64,000 nt of DNA from Steroidobacteraceae bacterium. GTDB lineage: Bacteria; Pseudomonadota; Gammaproteobacteria; Steroidobacterales; Steroidobacteraceae. Both the position numbers and the translations under genes were made by a program. Positions 1 through 9,044 of this stretch are shown piece after piece (position 1 is the first letter of the stretch; every line of letters begins with the position of its first letter). Under the pieces are notes generated by a model. The model did not search any database. It saw only the letters and a program-made list of their open reading frames with translations, and was not told where the DNA came from. The stretch is from contig DASQYM010000003.1 in assembly GCA_035639195.1 (NCBI GenBank), forward strand, positions 24,120 through 88,119. Reading direction: 5' to 3'.

Positions 1-423
1 GCGATGCTGTCCATGGCGGTGTGCGTGCTGACGGCGCTGCTGCTGTTCCGGCTGCCGCTGCGCGGCTCGCTGTTGACGCTCGGTCTGGTGTCGGCCGCGT
101 TTCTCGTGCCGGCGCTCGGCCAGGGCCTGCTGATCTCGGTCGCCATGAAGACGCAGATGGCGGCGGCGCAGCTCGGGCTGATGACTGGCTACTTACCGGC
201 GATGATGCTGTCGGGATTCCTGTTCGACATCAACTCCATGCCGGGCTGGCTGCGGCCGGTCACCTACCTGATCCCGGCGCGCTACATGAACATCTCGCTG
301 CAGACGGTGTTCCTTGCCGGGGATGTCTGGGCGGTGCTCATTCCCAACATGCTGTTCATGCTGGCAGTCGGCGCACTGTTCTTCGGCCTCACCTGGCGGC
401 GACTGCACAAACGGATCGACTGA
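1..423 (+). CDS. ABC-2 type transporter permease, C-terminal part (gene begins upstream of window)
   Basis: The frame is open from the window edge to TGA 421-423. The translated segment is a run of hydrophobic TM helices ending FFGLTWRRLHKRID, as in YbhS/YhhJ-type ABC-2 permeases. A paralogous permease gene follows 13 nt later. Confidence 0.75.
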   Translation, partial: AMLSMAVCVLTALLLFRLPLRGSLLTLGLVSAAFLVPALGQGLLISVAMKTQMAAAQLGLMTGYLPAMMLSGFLFDINSMPGWLRPVTYLIPARYMNISLQTVFLAGDVWAVLIPNMLFMLAVGALFFGLTWRRLHKRID

Positions 424-436
424 CGGAAGGTGTGCA

Positions 437-1567
437 GTGCTGCAGCGGCTGTTGGCCATCATCAGGAAAGAGCTCATCACCATGCTGCGCGACCCGCGCG
501 CGCGCTTCTCGCTCATCCTGCCGCCCATCATCCAGCTGTTCATCTTCTCCTCGGCCGCGACCATGGAGGTGAGGAATATCCACCTTGGGGTGGTGGATCT
601 CGATCGCGGGCCGTACGCCGCCGAGGTGCTGCAGGGCCTGCGCGGCTCGCGGAGCTTCACCGCGTTGCCGCAGTATCCGGCGCTCGCCGTGGCCCGCAAG
701 GCCCTCGAGCGCGAGCAGGTACTCGGCGTCCTGGTACTGCAGAGTGGCTTCTCCGCGGACCTTGCCGCCGGCCGGTCCACCAGCGTACAGCTGCTGCTCG
801 ATGGGCGGCGCTCGAACGCGGCGCAGATCACCGCGCAGTACGTGAGCACGATCGTGTCTACCGCCGTGGCAGGTGGCGGCGGCACGCCGCAGCCGGGCGT
901 GGCGGTTGCCGGGCCGTCACTGCCCAATGCCGAGCTGGTCATCACCAACTGGTTCAATCCCAACCTGGACTACCGGTGGTACATGCTGCCGAATCTGGTC
1001 GGCATGCTCAGTCTCGGCGTGGCGCTCATGATCACCGCGCTGTCGGTGGCACGCGAGCGCGAGCTCGGCACCTTCGACCAGACACTGGTGTCGCCCGCTA
1101 CACCGGTGGAAATCGCCCTGGGGAAGCTCCTGCCGCCGCTGCTGGTCGCGGCGGTGCAGGCGACGCTGTACCTGCTGATCGTCACGCTGCTCTACGGCGT
1201 GCCTTTCCGCGGCAACCTGCTGGTCCTCTACGCCGCGGTGCTGACCTTCGCGCTGGCGTGCGCCGGCGTGGGCCTGTTCATCTCGTCGCTCGTGTACACG
1301 CAGCAACAGGCGTTTCTCGGGGCGTTCGCGGTGCTGCTGCCATTCGCCCTGCTGTCGGGCTTTGCGACGCCCGTGGAGAACATGCCTTGGTGGCTGCAGT
1401 TCGTCACGAACATCAATCCGCTGTCACACATGTTGCGCCTGATGCAGGGATTGTTCCTCAAGGGCACCTCGTTTCGCTCGCTGGCGCACGATATGGTCAG
1501 GCTGCTGGAGATCGCGTTGGTGACCACCTCTGCTGCAGTCCTGCTCTTCAGCAGAAAGGCGGCGTGA
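437..1567 (+). CDS. ABC-2 type transporter permease (YbhR/YhhJ-like)
   Basis: GTG 437 is preceded by GGAAGG (425-430). The N-terminus LQRLLAIIRKELITMLRDPRARFSL plus a C-terminal multi-TM block is the ABC-2 permease pattern. The ORF-track start at 314 overlaps the preceding gene and is probably too long. Confidence 0.8.
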   Translation: MLQRLLAIIRKELITMLRDPRARFSLILPPIIQLFIFSSAATMEVRNIHLGVVDLDRGPYAAEVLQGLRGSRSFTALPQYPALAVARKALEREQVLGVLVLQSGFSADLAAGRSTSVQLLLDGRRSNAAQITAQYVSTIVSTAVAGGGGTPQPGVAVAGPSLPNAELVITNWFNPNLDYRWYMLPNLVGMLSLGVALMITALSVARERELGTFDQTLVSPATPVEIALGKLLPPLLVAAVQATLYLLIVTLLYGVPFRGNLLVLYAAVLTFALACAGVGLFISSLVYTQQQAFLGAFAVLLPFALLSGFATPVENMPWWLQFVTNINPLSHMLRLMQGLFLKGTSFRSLAHDMVRLLEIALVTTSAAVLLFSRKAA

Positions 1568-1652
1568 CGCGATAGACAGGTGGGGTGGCGATGAGCGCGG
1601 CCGTGGCGCACACGGCGCATCGTATAAGATACCGCGCTCCCAAGGAGGATCC

Positions 1653-2915
1653 GTGAGCGTGCGCAAAGCCGGCGGCGGCGCCCTGCTGTTCATCTTCGTA
1701 CTGGTGCTGGTCGACTCGATCGGCTTTGGCATCATTTTGCCGGTGCTGCCGCGGCTGATCATGCAGCTCACCGCGGTTGGCATCGACCGCGCGGCGCGCT
1801 ACGGCGGCTGGTTGTCCTTCGTCTATGCGCTCATGCAGTTCTTCTGCGCGCCGGTGCTCGGCAACCTGAGCGATCGCTTCGGTCGCCGGCCGGTACTGCT
1901 GTTCTCGGTGCTCGCGTTGGGCGTCGACTACCTCATCATGGGCTTCGCTCCGGTGATCAGCTGGCTGTTCCTCGGCCGGATGATCGCCGGCATTGCGGGC
2001 GCCTCCTTCACGCCTGCCTATGCCTACGTGGCGGACATTACCCCGGCGGAGCGGCGTGCCCAGAATTTTGGCCTCATGAGTGCGGCGTTCGGCATAGGCT
2101 TCATCCTCGGGCCGGCCATCGGCGGATTGCTCGGTACCTTTGGTGCGCGCGCGCCGTTCTTCACCGCCGGCGTCATCGCGCTCGCCAACGCGGCGCTTGG
2201 CTACTTCGCGTTGCCCGAGTCGCTGCCGCCCGGCAAGCGGCGCGCCTTTCACTGGGTGCGCGCCAATCCGCTCGGCACGCTCAGGCAGATGCGCCACTAC
2301 CCGTCGGTGCTGGTGACCCTGGGGGCGCTGTTCCTGTGGCAGCTCGCCCACCAGGTGCTGCCGGGCACCTGGGCCTTCTACACCATCTCCAAGTTCCACT
2401 GGTCGAGCGCGCAGGTCGGCTACTCGCTTGCCTTCGTCGGTCTGCTCATGGCTGTCTCGCAGGGCGTGCTGACGCGCGTATTGATTCCGTGGATTGGCGG
2501 CATGCGGCGTGCGGCGCTCGGCGGCATGCTGGCGGCGCTTCTCGCCTACATCGGCTACGCGTTCGCAACTCAAGGCTGGATGATGTACGTGGTTGGGCTC
2601 ACCACCTTCCTGTTCGCGCTCACCTATCCGTCCATGAATGCGCTCGCCTCGCAGCAGATTCCCGCGAACGCGCAGGGTGAGCTGCAGGGAGCGGTCGCTT
2701 CACTCGGCAGCCTGAGCGCCATCATCGGACCGCCCTTGATGACGCAGATCTTCAGCCGATTTTCCGACCCAACCGGCGCCGTGTATCTCCCCGGCGCCGC
2801 GTTTCTCGCGGCGGCGGTGCTCACGGTAGCGTGCGCGGCGCTGTTCCTGCGGGCGCTGCGGCTGACACCGCAGCTCATCACGACGCACGACGCGCGGGCG
2901 ACCTCCGAGGCATAA
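1653..2915 (+). CDS. MFS transporter, TCR/Tet (TetA-like, DHA1) family
   Basis: 420-aa, 12-TM protein with MFS motif A (GNLSDRFGRRPVLL). AAGGAGGA lies 4 nt upstream of GTG 1653. Confidence 0.85.
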   Translation: MSVRKAGGGALLFIFVLVLVDSIGFGIILPVLPRLIMQLTAVGIDRAARYGGWLSFVYALMQFFCAPVLGNLSDRFGRRPVLLFSVLALGVDYLIMGFAPVISWLFLGRMIAGIAGASFTPAYAYVADITPAERRAQNFGLMSAAFGIGFILGPAIGGLLGTFGARAPFFTAGVIALANAALGYFALPESLPPGKRRAFHWVRANPLGTLRQMRHYPSVLVTLGALFLWQLAHQVLPGTWAFYTISKFHWSSAQVGYSLAFVGLLMAVSQGVLTRVLIPWIGGMRRAALGGMLAALLAYIGYAFATQGWMMYVVGLTTFLFALTYPSMNALASQQIPANAQGELQGAVASLGSLSAIIGPPLMTQIFSRFSDPTGAVYLPGAAFLAAAVLTVACAALFLRALRLTPQLITTHDARATSEA

Positions 2916-4076
2916 ATGCCCACGCGAGCGGCCGCGAGCTCAGCTGTGCTCCTCTCGCTCGGCCTCGCCGCCGCTGCTCAAGCCGCGGCGCCCCCCGATG
3001 TGCGCGCACCGCTCGGCGCGCGCGCGGTGCTGCCGCCCATCCGACACGTCTTCGTGCTGCTGCTCGAGAATCAGTCGTATGGCGTCAGCTTCGGCAGCCG
3101 CACGCCGGCATCGTATCTCGCGCGCACGCTCCCGGCACGCGGCGCACTGCTTGCGCACTACTACGCGATCGGACATGCAAGTCTCGGCAACTACATCGCA
3201 CTCGTGAGCGGTCAGGCGCCCAACCTGGCGACGCAGCTCGACTGCCCGACCTACCAGGATTTCCGTCCGACTGTTCCGCGGCTCGATGAGCACGGCCAGC
3301 TGCCCGGAGCGGGTTGCGTCTACCCGCGCATCGTACGCTCGCTTCCCGACCAGCTCGAGGCCGCAGGTTTCACCTGGCGCGCGTACATGGAGGACATGGG
3401 TAAGAACCCTGCGCGCGAGTCATCCACCTGCGGGCACGTGCGGCTCGGCGCGCCGGAAAAAACCAACTCCGCCAGCAGAGGGGATCAGTACGCCGCCAAG
3501 CACAATCCCTTCGTTTACTTCCATGCGATCATCGATGACCAGGCGCGCTGCGACAGCCACGTCGTCAACCTCGAGCACTTGCCACAGGATCTCTCCAGTG
3601 CCGCCACCACTGCGAACTACAGCTTCATCACTCCAAACCTGTGCAGCGACGGCCACGATGTGCACTGCATCGATGGGCGCACCGGTGGACTGACGGCCAT
3701 CGACGAGTTCCTCGGGCGGTGGGTGCCACTCATCGAGGCGGCGCCCGCGTTCTTGGCCGACGGCATGCTCATCATCACCTTCGATGAATCGGACGGCGCG
3801 GGGGCGGAGGGCTCGAGCGCCTGCTGCGGAGAGCAGCCGCTCCCCGGTGCGCGCTTCCCGCCGGGCTTCAGCGGTCCCGGCGGCGGACGCGTCGGAGCGA
3901 TCGTCCTGTCGAAATTCGTGAAGCCCGGCACGGTTTCCACGGTGCCGTACAATCATTACTCGCTGCTGCGTACCGTGGAAGCCATTTTCGGTCTGCCTTA
4001 TCTCGGTTACGCGGCCGAGCAGGAGCTGCGCGTATTCGGCGCCGATGTTTTCAGCGCCGTGCCACCACTGCCGTAG
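2916..4076 (+). CDS. secreted phosphoesterase-family protein (AcpA / phospholipase C-like)
   Basis: ATG directly abuts the MFS stop (TAAATG). An N-terminal signal peptide (LSLGLAAAAQAAAP) is followed by VFVLLLENQSYGVSFG, a hallmark of the phosphoesterase (PF04185-type) family. The family call is from memory. Confidence 0.7.
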   Translation: MPTRAAASSAVLLSLGLAAAAQAAAPPDVRAPLGARAVLPPIRHVFVLLLENQSYGVSFGSRTPASYLARTLPARGALLAHYYAIGHASLGNYIALVSGQAPNLATQLDCPTYQDFRPTVPRLDEHGQLPGAGCVYPRIVRSLPDQLEAAGFTWRAYMEDMGKNPARESSTCGHVRLGAPEKTNSASRGDQYAAKHNPFVYFHAIIDDQARCDSHVVNLEHLPQDLSSAATTANYSFITPNLCSDGHDVHCIDGRTGGLTAIDEFLGRWVPLIEAAPAFLADGMLIITFDESDGAGAEGSSACCGEQPLPGARFPPGFSGPGGGRVGAIVLSKFVKPGTVSTVPYNHYSLLRTVEAIFGLPYLGYAAEQELRVFGADVFSAVPPLP

Positions 4077-4081
4077 TGCTA

Positions 4082-7000
4082 CTAATCCTCGCGCCGCTGC
4101 GCCGGGCCCGGCACGGTCCCCGCTCCGGCCAGCGCTGGCGCGTCGAGCTTCTCGCCCAGCAGGCGGCGCACCGCGACATAACACACCGGGATCATGAGCA
4201 CCCCGAGCAGGGCTGCGCTCAGCATGCCGCCCACCACCCCCGTGCCGATGGCGTGGCGCGCGTTGGCGCCTGCCCCGCTCGAGACCACCATCGGGAATAC
4301 CCCGAGGATGAAGGCGAATGAGGTCATGAGTATCGGCCGGAAGCGCAGCCGCGCCGCCTCCAGTACGCCCTCGTGAAGGCTCTTGCCCGCGTGCTGCGCG
4401 GTAACGGCGAACTCGACGATGAGGATCGCATTCTTGGCCGAGAGACCGATGATGGTGATGAGGCCCACTTTGAAGAACACGTCATTGGGCAGCCCGCGCA
4501 GCAGCGCGCCGAGCGCCGTGCCGATGAGCCCGACCGGCACCGCCATCAACACTGCTGCGGGAACGCTCCAGCTCTCGTAGAGCGCCGCGAGGCACAGGTA
4601 CACCACCAGGATCGACAGGGCGAACAACATCGGCGCCTGCGCCCCGGAGATCAGCTCCTGCAGCGACTGCCCGGCCCAGTCGTTGCCGATGCCGCGCGGC
4701 AGACTCTCGCTGACGATCTTCTGCATCGCCTGCATGGCCTGCCCGGAGCTGCGCCCCGCGGCGTTGTTGCCGGTGACCTCCACCGCGGCGTAGCCGTTGA
4801 AGCGCGTGAGCGTGGGCGGGCCCATGACCCAGTCGGCGCGCACGAAGTTCGCGAGCGGGATCATGCTGCCGCCGCGGCCCGCCACGTAGAAGTGCCCGAG
4901 CGCCTCGGGCGTCATGCGCCAGGGGGCATCCGCCTGCAGCAGCACGCGCAGCACCCGTCCCTGGTAGATGAAGTCATTGGCATACACCGGCGCCAGCATC
5001 AGCTGCAGCGCGGTAAAGACATCGCTCGCCGAGAGTCCCATCGACTGCGCCTGCACCCGATCGACGGTGAGCTGCAGCTGCGGAGCCGGCGGCAGCAGGT
5101 TGGCCCGCACGCCACTGAGTGTGCTCTTGTCGGCGGCTGCCTTCTCGAGCAGCGTCTCCTGCGCGGCGGTCAACGCCTCGCGGCCGAGTCCGCCGCGATC
5201 CTCGAGGTAGAAGTCGAATCCGCCGAAAAAGCCCAGACCGCGCACGGTGGGCAGGTTGAGCACGTACACCCGCGCATCGTGGATCTCGCGCGACAGTGTG
5301 GAGTTCGCCCAGGCGATGAACTGTGCCGCGCTGTCGGGGCGGTGGTCCCAGGTCTTGAGGTGCACGAACGCGCGCCCGGCGTTCTCACCGGTACCGGTGA
5401 AACTCGAGCCGACGATCAGGAACGCATAATCCACGTCCGGGCTGCGCTCGATAATGGCGTTGATGTGTTGCATCACTTCACGCGTGCGCGGCAGGTTGGC
5501 GCCGGCCGGCAGCTGCACGTCGATGAGCGCGTAGCCCTGATCCTCCTCCGGCACGAAGCTCCCCGGAAGCTTGATGAACAGCAGCACCCCGACCGCGAGC
5601 ATGACCGCGAAGGCCGCCATCCAGCGTGGTACGTGGCCGACAGACTGGTAGACGCGGTGCACATAGGCGCTGCGCGTGGTCTCGAATGCGCGGTTGAACC
5701 AGTTGAACACCACATTGCCGTGCAGATGCTCGGGCCGCAGGAGCGAGGCGCACAGCGCCGGAGTAAACGACAACGCCAGCAACGCCGAGAAGCCCATCGA
5801 CAGCGCGATGGTGAGTGCAAACTGCCGGTAGATCACTCCGGTGCTGCCGCTCTGCAACGCGCTCGGAATGAATACCGCGGCGAGCACCGAGGTGATCGCT
5901 ACGATGGCGCCGGTGATCTGGTGCATCGCCTTGCGTGTCGCCTCCTTTGGCGGCAGGTGTTCCTCCCGCATGATGCGATCGACCGCCTCCACCACCACGA
6001 TGGCATCGTCGACGACGATGCCGATGGCGAGCACCATGGCAAACAGCGACAGCTGATTGATGGAGAATCCGACCGTGTACATGCCGATCAACGTGCCGAG
6101 CAGCGCCGAGGGCACCACCAGCGTCGGGATCAGGGTCGCGCGGAAGTTCTGCAGGAACACCAGCATCACCAGGAACACCAGCACTACCGCCTCGATGAGC
6201 GTGATGAGCACCTCGCGGATCGCCACCCGGATGAAGGGCGTCGAGTCCCAGGCCCACACCCACTTCACTCCCGCCGGAAAGCTGCCCTGTATGGCGTTCA
6301 TTCTCTCGGTGACCGCGTGGGAGACCTCGAGCGCATTCGCCTCGGGAGCAAGCTGGATGCCGAAGGCCGCGATCGGCGTCGTGCCGATGCTGGTCTCGAA
6401 GCCGTACTGCGCGGCACCGAGTGAGATGCGCGCCACGTCCTTGAGGCGCACCGAGGCGCCGTTCGGCTCGGTGCGCAGCAGGATCTGCTCGAACTGCTCC
6501 GGCGAGCTGAAGCGCCCCTCCGCCGTCACGGTGGCCGTGGTGGTCTGCTCGTGCACCGCCGGCCATGCGCCGATGGAGCCGGAGGCGAACTGCGCGTTCT
6601 GGGCCTGCACGGCCGCCAGCACCGCAGACGCGGACAGGTTGTAGGCCTTGAGCTTGTCGGCATCGAGCCAGATGCGCATGGCGTACTCGGAGCCGAACTG
6701 CACCGCCGCACCGACTCCGGGGACGCGCTGGATGGTATCGAGCACGCGCGAGGCCACGATGTTGTTGAGCTCCTCGGCGCTCGGGCCGCCCGGCGCCGAC
6801 ACCAGGCCGATGCCGCCGAGGAACCCGGCGGCGACCTTGGCGATGCGGATTCCCTGCTGGTTCACCTCCGCCGGCAGACGCGGTTGAGCGAGCGATACGC
6901 GGTTCTGCGTCTGTACGGCCGCAATGTCCGGGTTGGTGCCGTTCTCGAACGTCAGCGTGATGGTGGAGGAGCCGTCGGAGGCGGATTGCGAGGTGAAGTA

Positions 7001-7228
7001 GAGGAGGTTGTCGATGCCGGTGAGCTGCTGCTCGATCACCTGTGTAACGGTCGTCTCCACCGTCGCGGCGTTCGCGCCAGGGTAAGAGGTAGTGATCGCG
7101 ACCTGCGGTGGCGCGATGGCCGGATAGGCCTCGCTCGGCAGCCGCAGCAACGCGAGCAAGCCGCCGAGCGCGATGAGGATCGCCAGCACCCATGCAAACA
7201 CCGGGCGATCGATGAAGAAATGCGGCAT
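4082..7228 (-). CDS. RND multidrug efflux permease, HAE1 family (AcrB/MexB-like)
   Basis: 1048 aa with N-terminus MPHFFIDRPVFAWVLAILIALGG and the 12-TM plus two large periplasmic loop architecture. It starts 5 nt after the adaptor gene stop. Confidence 0.95.
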   Translation of the reverse strand: MPHFFIDRPVFAWVLAILIALGGLLALLRLPSEAYPAIAPPQVAITTSYPGANAATVETTVTQVIEQQLTGIDNLLYFTSQSASDGSSTITLTFENGTNPDIAAVQTQNRVSLAQPRLPAEVNQQGIRIAKVAAGFLGGIGLVSAPGGPSAEELNNIVASRVLDTIQRVPGVGAAVQFGSEYAMRIWLDADKLKAYNLSASAVLAAVQAQNAQFASGSIGAWPAVHEQTTTATVTAEGRFSSPEQFEQILLRTEPNGASVRLKDVARISLGAAQYGFETSIGTTPIAAFGIQLAPEANALEVSHAVTERMNAIQGSFPAGVKWVWAWDSTPFIRVAIREVLITLIEAVVLVFLVMLVFLQNFRATLIPTLVVPSALLGTLIGMYTVGFSINQLSLFAMVLAIGIVVDDAIVVVEAVDRIMREEHLPPKEATRKAMHQITGAIVAITSVLAAVFIPSALQSGSTGVIYRQFALTIALSMGFSALLALSFTPALCASLLRPEHLHGNVVFNWFNRAFETTRSAYVHRVYQSVGHVPRWMAAFAVMLAVGVLLFIKLPGSFVPEEDQGYALIDVQLPAGANLPRTREVMQHINAIIERSPDVDYAFLIVGSSFTGTGENAGRAFVHLKTWDHRPDSAAQFIAWANSTLSREIHDARVYVLNLPTVRGLGFFGGFDFYLEDRGGLGREALTAAQETLLEKAAADKSTLSGVRANLLPPAPQLQLTVDRVQAQSMGLSASDVFTALQLMLAPVYANDFIYQGRVLRVLLQADAPWRMTPEALGHFYVAGRGGSMIPLANFVRADWVMGPPTLTRFNGYAAVEVTGNNAAGRSSGQAMQAMQKIVSESLPRGIGNDWAGQSLQELISGAQAPMLFALSILVVYLCLAALYESWSVPAAVLMAVPVGLIGTALGALLRGLPNDVFFKVGLITIIGLSAKNAILIVEFAVTAQHAGKSLHEGVLEAARLRFRPILMTSFAFILGVFPMVVSSGAGANARHAIGTGVVGGMLSAALLGVLMIPVCYVAVRRLLGEKLDAPALAGAGTVPGPAQRRED

Positions 7229-7233
7229 GAGGA

Positions 7234-8427
7234 CTAACGCCCGGCCGCACCGGAGCGTGCGGCTATGTCCGTGGCCTCGGCCGCGCCCTCCGACGCCGCC
7301 GCGGCGGGGACCGCGGCCACCGTGGCGCCAGGCCGCGCGTTTTGCGTGCCGGAGACGATGACGCGATCACCGTCGGCGAGCCCCGCGGTCACGATCCAGT
7401 TCGCTCCCTCGAGTGTCTCGACGGTGACGCGCTTCTGCACCACCTTGTCGTCGGCCCCGGCGATCAGAGCGTACGCACCCTTGGCATCGCGCTGCAGCCC
7501 GGCCTGTGGCACAAGAAAAGCGCGCTTCACTTCGGCGGACCTGAGCCGTACACCGACGAACATTCCCGGCAGCAGCTGATGCTCGGGATTGGGAATGATT
7601 CCGCGCAGCGCGACTGCGCCGGTGGCGGGATCGACGCTCACATCGAGGAAGTCTAGCGTCCCGCCGTGCGCATAGGAGGTGGCGTCCGGGAGTGTGAGCT
7701 GCACCGTCACCTCTTTGCCGCGCGCGAGCGTGACATCGCCTGCTGCCTGCGCCCTGCGCAGCCGCTCGATGTCCACCGCGGGCTCATCGAAGTTGACGTA
7801 GATCGGGTCGATCTGCTCGACCGTGGTGAGCAGCGTCGCCGTGCCTTGTCCGACCAGCGCACCTTCGGTGACACCCTGCTGTCCGGCGCGCCCGGAGATC
7901 GGCGCGGTCACCGTGGCGTAGCCGAGATTGATGCGCGCGGTGCCGACGGCCGCCTTGGCCTGCTCTACCGCCGCCGCGCTCGAGCGCTCGGTAGCCTCCG
8001 CATTGTCGAGGTCCGAGCGCGACACCAGGCCGCTCGGCGCGAGCTCGCGGGTGCGCTGTGCGGCGATGTGCGCGTTGGTGGCGCTCGCCTGCGCCTGCGC
8101 GAGCGCGGCGAGGGCGCCATCGAGCGCCGCGCGCAGCGGTGCCGGATCGATCTGGAACAGCGGCTGTCCCGCCCTGACGTCCGAGCCCTCGACATACAGC
8201 CGTTTCAGCAGTACGCCAGCGACCCGCGCGCGCACATCCGCCGAACGCGTGGCCGAGAGGCGACCGACGAGATTGCGCGTCAGCGGCACCGGCTGCGCAT
8301 GCACGACCACGACTCCGACCTGTGGCGGTGGCGGTGCGGGCGGCGGTCCCGAGCGTGCGCACGCACCGAGCAGCAGCAGGAGCGAGGCGCTGCTGAGCGC
8401 GTGAGGGGCCTGGCGCGTACGGCGCAT
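7234..8427 (-). CDS. RND efflux periplasmic adaptor lipoprotein (AcrA/MexA-like)
   Basis: The internal ATG 8427 gives MRRTRQAPHALSSASLLLLLGAC (lipobox). The body has the MFP pattern (RARVAGVLLKRLYVEGSDVRAGQPLFQIDP). The ORF-track start 8511 is an upstream extension. Confidence 0.9.
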   Translation of the reverse strand: MRRTRQAPHALSSASLLLLLGACARSGPPPAPPPPQVGVVVVHAQPVPLTRNLVGRLSATRSADVRARVAGVLLKRLYVEGSDVRAGQPLFQIDPAPLRAALDGALAALAQAQASATNAHIAAQRTRELAPSGLVSRSDLDNAEATERSSAAAVEQAKAAVGTARINLGYATVTAPISGRAGQQGVTEGALVGQGTATLLTTVEQIDPIYVNFDEPAVDIERLRRAQAAGDVTLARGKEVTVQLTLPDATSYAHGGTLDFLDVSVDPATGAVALRGIIPNPEHQLLPGMFVGVRLRSAEVKRAFLVPQAGLQRDAKGAYALIAGADDKVVQKRVTVETLEGANWIVTAGLADGDRVIVSGTQNARPGATVAAVPAAAASEGAAEATDIAARSGAAGR

Positions 8428-8473
8428 CGAGCCCTGCGGCCGCCCCCGTGTAACTGGACAGATAGTTGCCAAG

Positions 8474-8509
8474 GCAGTATTATCGTCGGCAGTAATTCCC
8501 GCAGCAGTC
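8474..8509. promoter_or_regulatory. three GCAGT(A/C) direct repeats at exact 15-bp phasing in the divergent RND / marR promoter region
   Basis: GCAGTA at 8474 and 8489 and GCAGTC at 8504. They sit inside the locally AT-richer 104-bp spacer between ATG 8427 (minus strand) and ATG 8532 (plus strand). Confidence 0.3.
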
Positions 8510-8531
8510 ATTAGGATAGCAAGCCGCGTCC

Positions 8532-9044
8532 ATGAGCCGCAGGGCAGTCATCGCAGCTGAGCCGCGCATTGCTGCGCAACCCTCGGAAGAGGGATTGAGC
8601 GTCGGCATCGGCCAGCTCATGAGCTGCGCGCGCGCCTCACTTCTCAACAGTCTCGATGCGGAGCTCGAGCGCTTCGGCCTCAACAGCACTCATTTTCTGG
8701 TACTCAAGCACCTCGGTGAAGGCGCCGCGCGCAGCGCCGCCGACCTCTGCCGCCTCAACCGCTACGACACCGGCGCCATGACGCGCATTCTCGACCGGCT
8801 CGAGGAAAAGGGCCTGGTGCGCCGCGAGCGCGGCCGTGAGGATCGTCGCGTGGTGTTCCTGCGTCTCGCCCCCGCGGGTAGGGCGCTGCTGCCGCGCCTG
8901 CTGGCAGCGGGAACGCGCGTCATCGATGCGCACCTTGCCGGCTTCAGCGCCGCTGAGATCGAGGCGTTCAAGCACTACCTGTATCGGATGATCGATAACG
9001 GACAGTCGCAAGGAGGTAATCAAGCCTCGGGCGGAAAGCCATGA
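8532..9044 (+). CDS. MarR family transcriptional regulator
   Basis: 170 aa with the winged-helix MarR pattern (FLVLKHLGEGAARSAADLCRLNRYDTGAMTRILDRLEEKGLVRRERGREDRRVVFLRL). Its stop overlaps the next ATG (ATGA). Confidence 0.9.
   Translation: MSRRAVIAAEPRIAAQPSEEGLSVGIGQLMSCARASLLNSLDAELERFGLNSTHFLVLKHLGEGAARSAADLCRLNRYDTGAMTRILDRLEEKGLVRRERGREDRRVVFLRLAPAGRALLPRLLAAGTRVIDAHLAGFSAAEIEAFKHYLYRMIDNGQSQGGNQASGGKP

Noticed and set aside
1591-1656. 21-codon uORF (MSAAVAHTAHRIRYRAPKEDP) whose TGA overlaps the GTG of the TetA-like MFS gene.
   Set aside because: Leader-peptide attenuation is known for some drug-efflux genes. However, there is no convincing SD for the uORF and no alternative hairpins that I could see. 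A 21-codon open frame is easily produced by chance in high-GC DNA.
4373-7250. Long ORFs (683 aa on the plus strand at 4373-6424; 590 aa on the minus strand at 5478-7250) inside the AcrB-like gene.
   Set aside because: They are antisense or out of frame relative to a full-length RND permease with diagnostic sequence. Their composition is low complexity (R/H/G/A-rich) and they show no TM or domain pattern.
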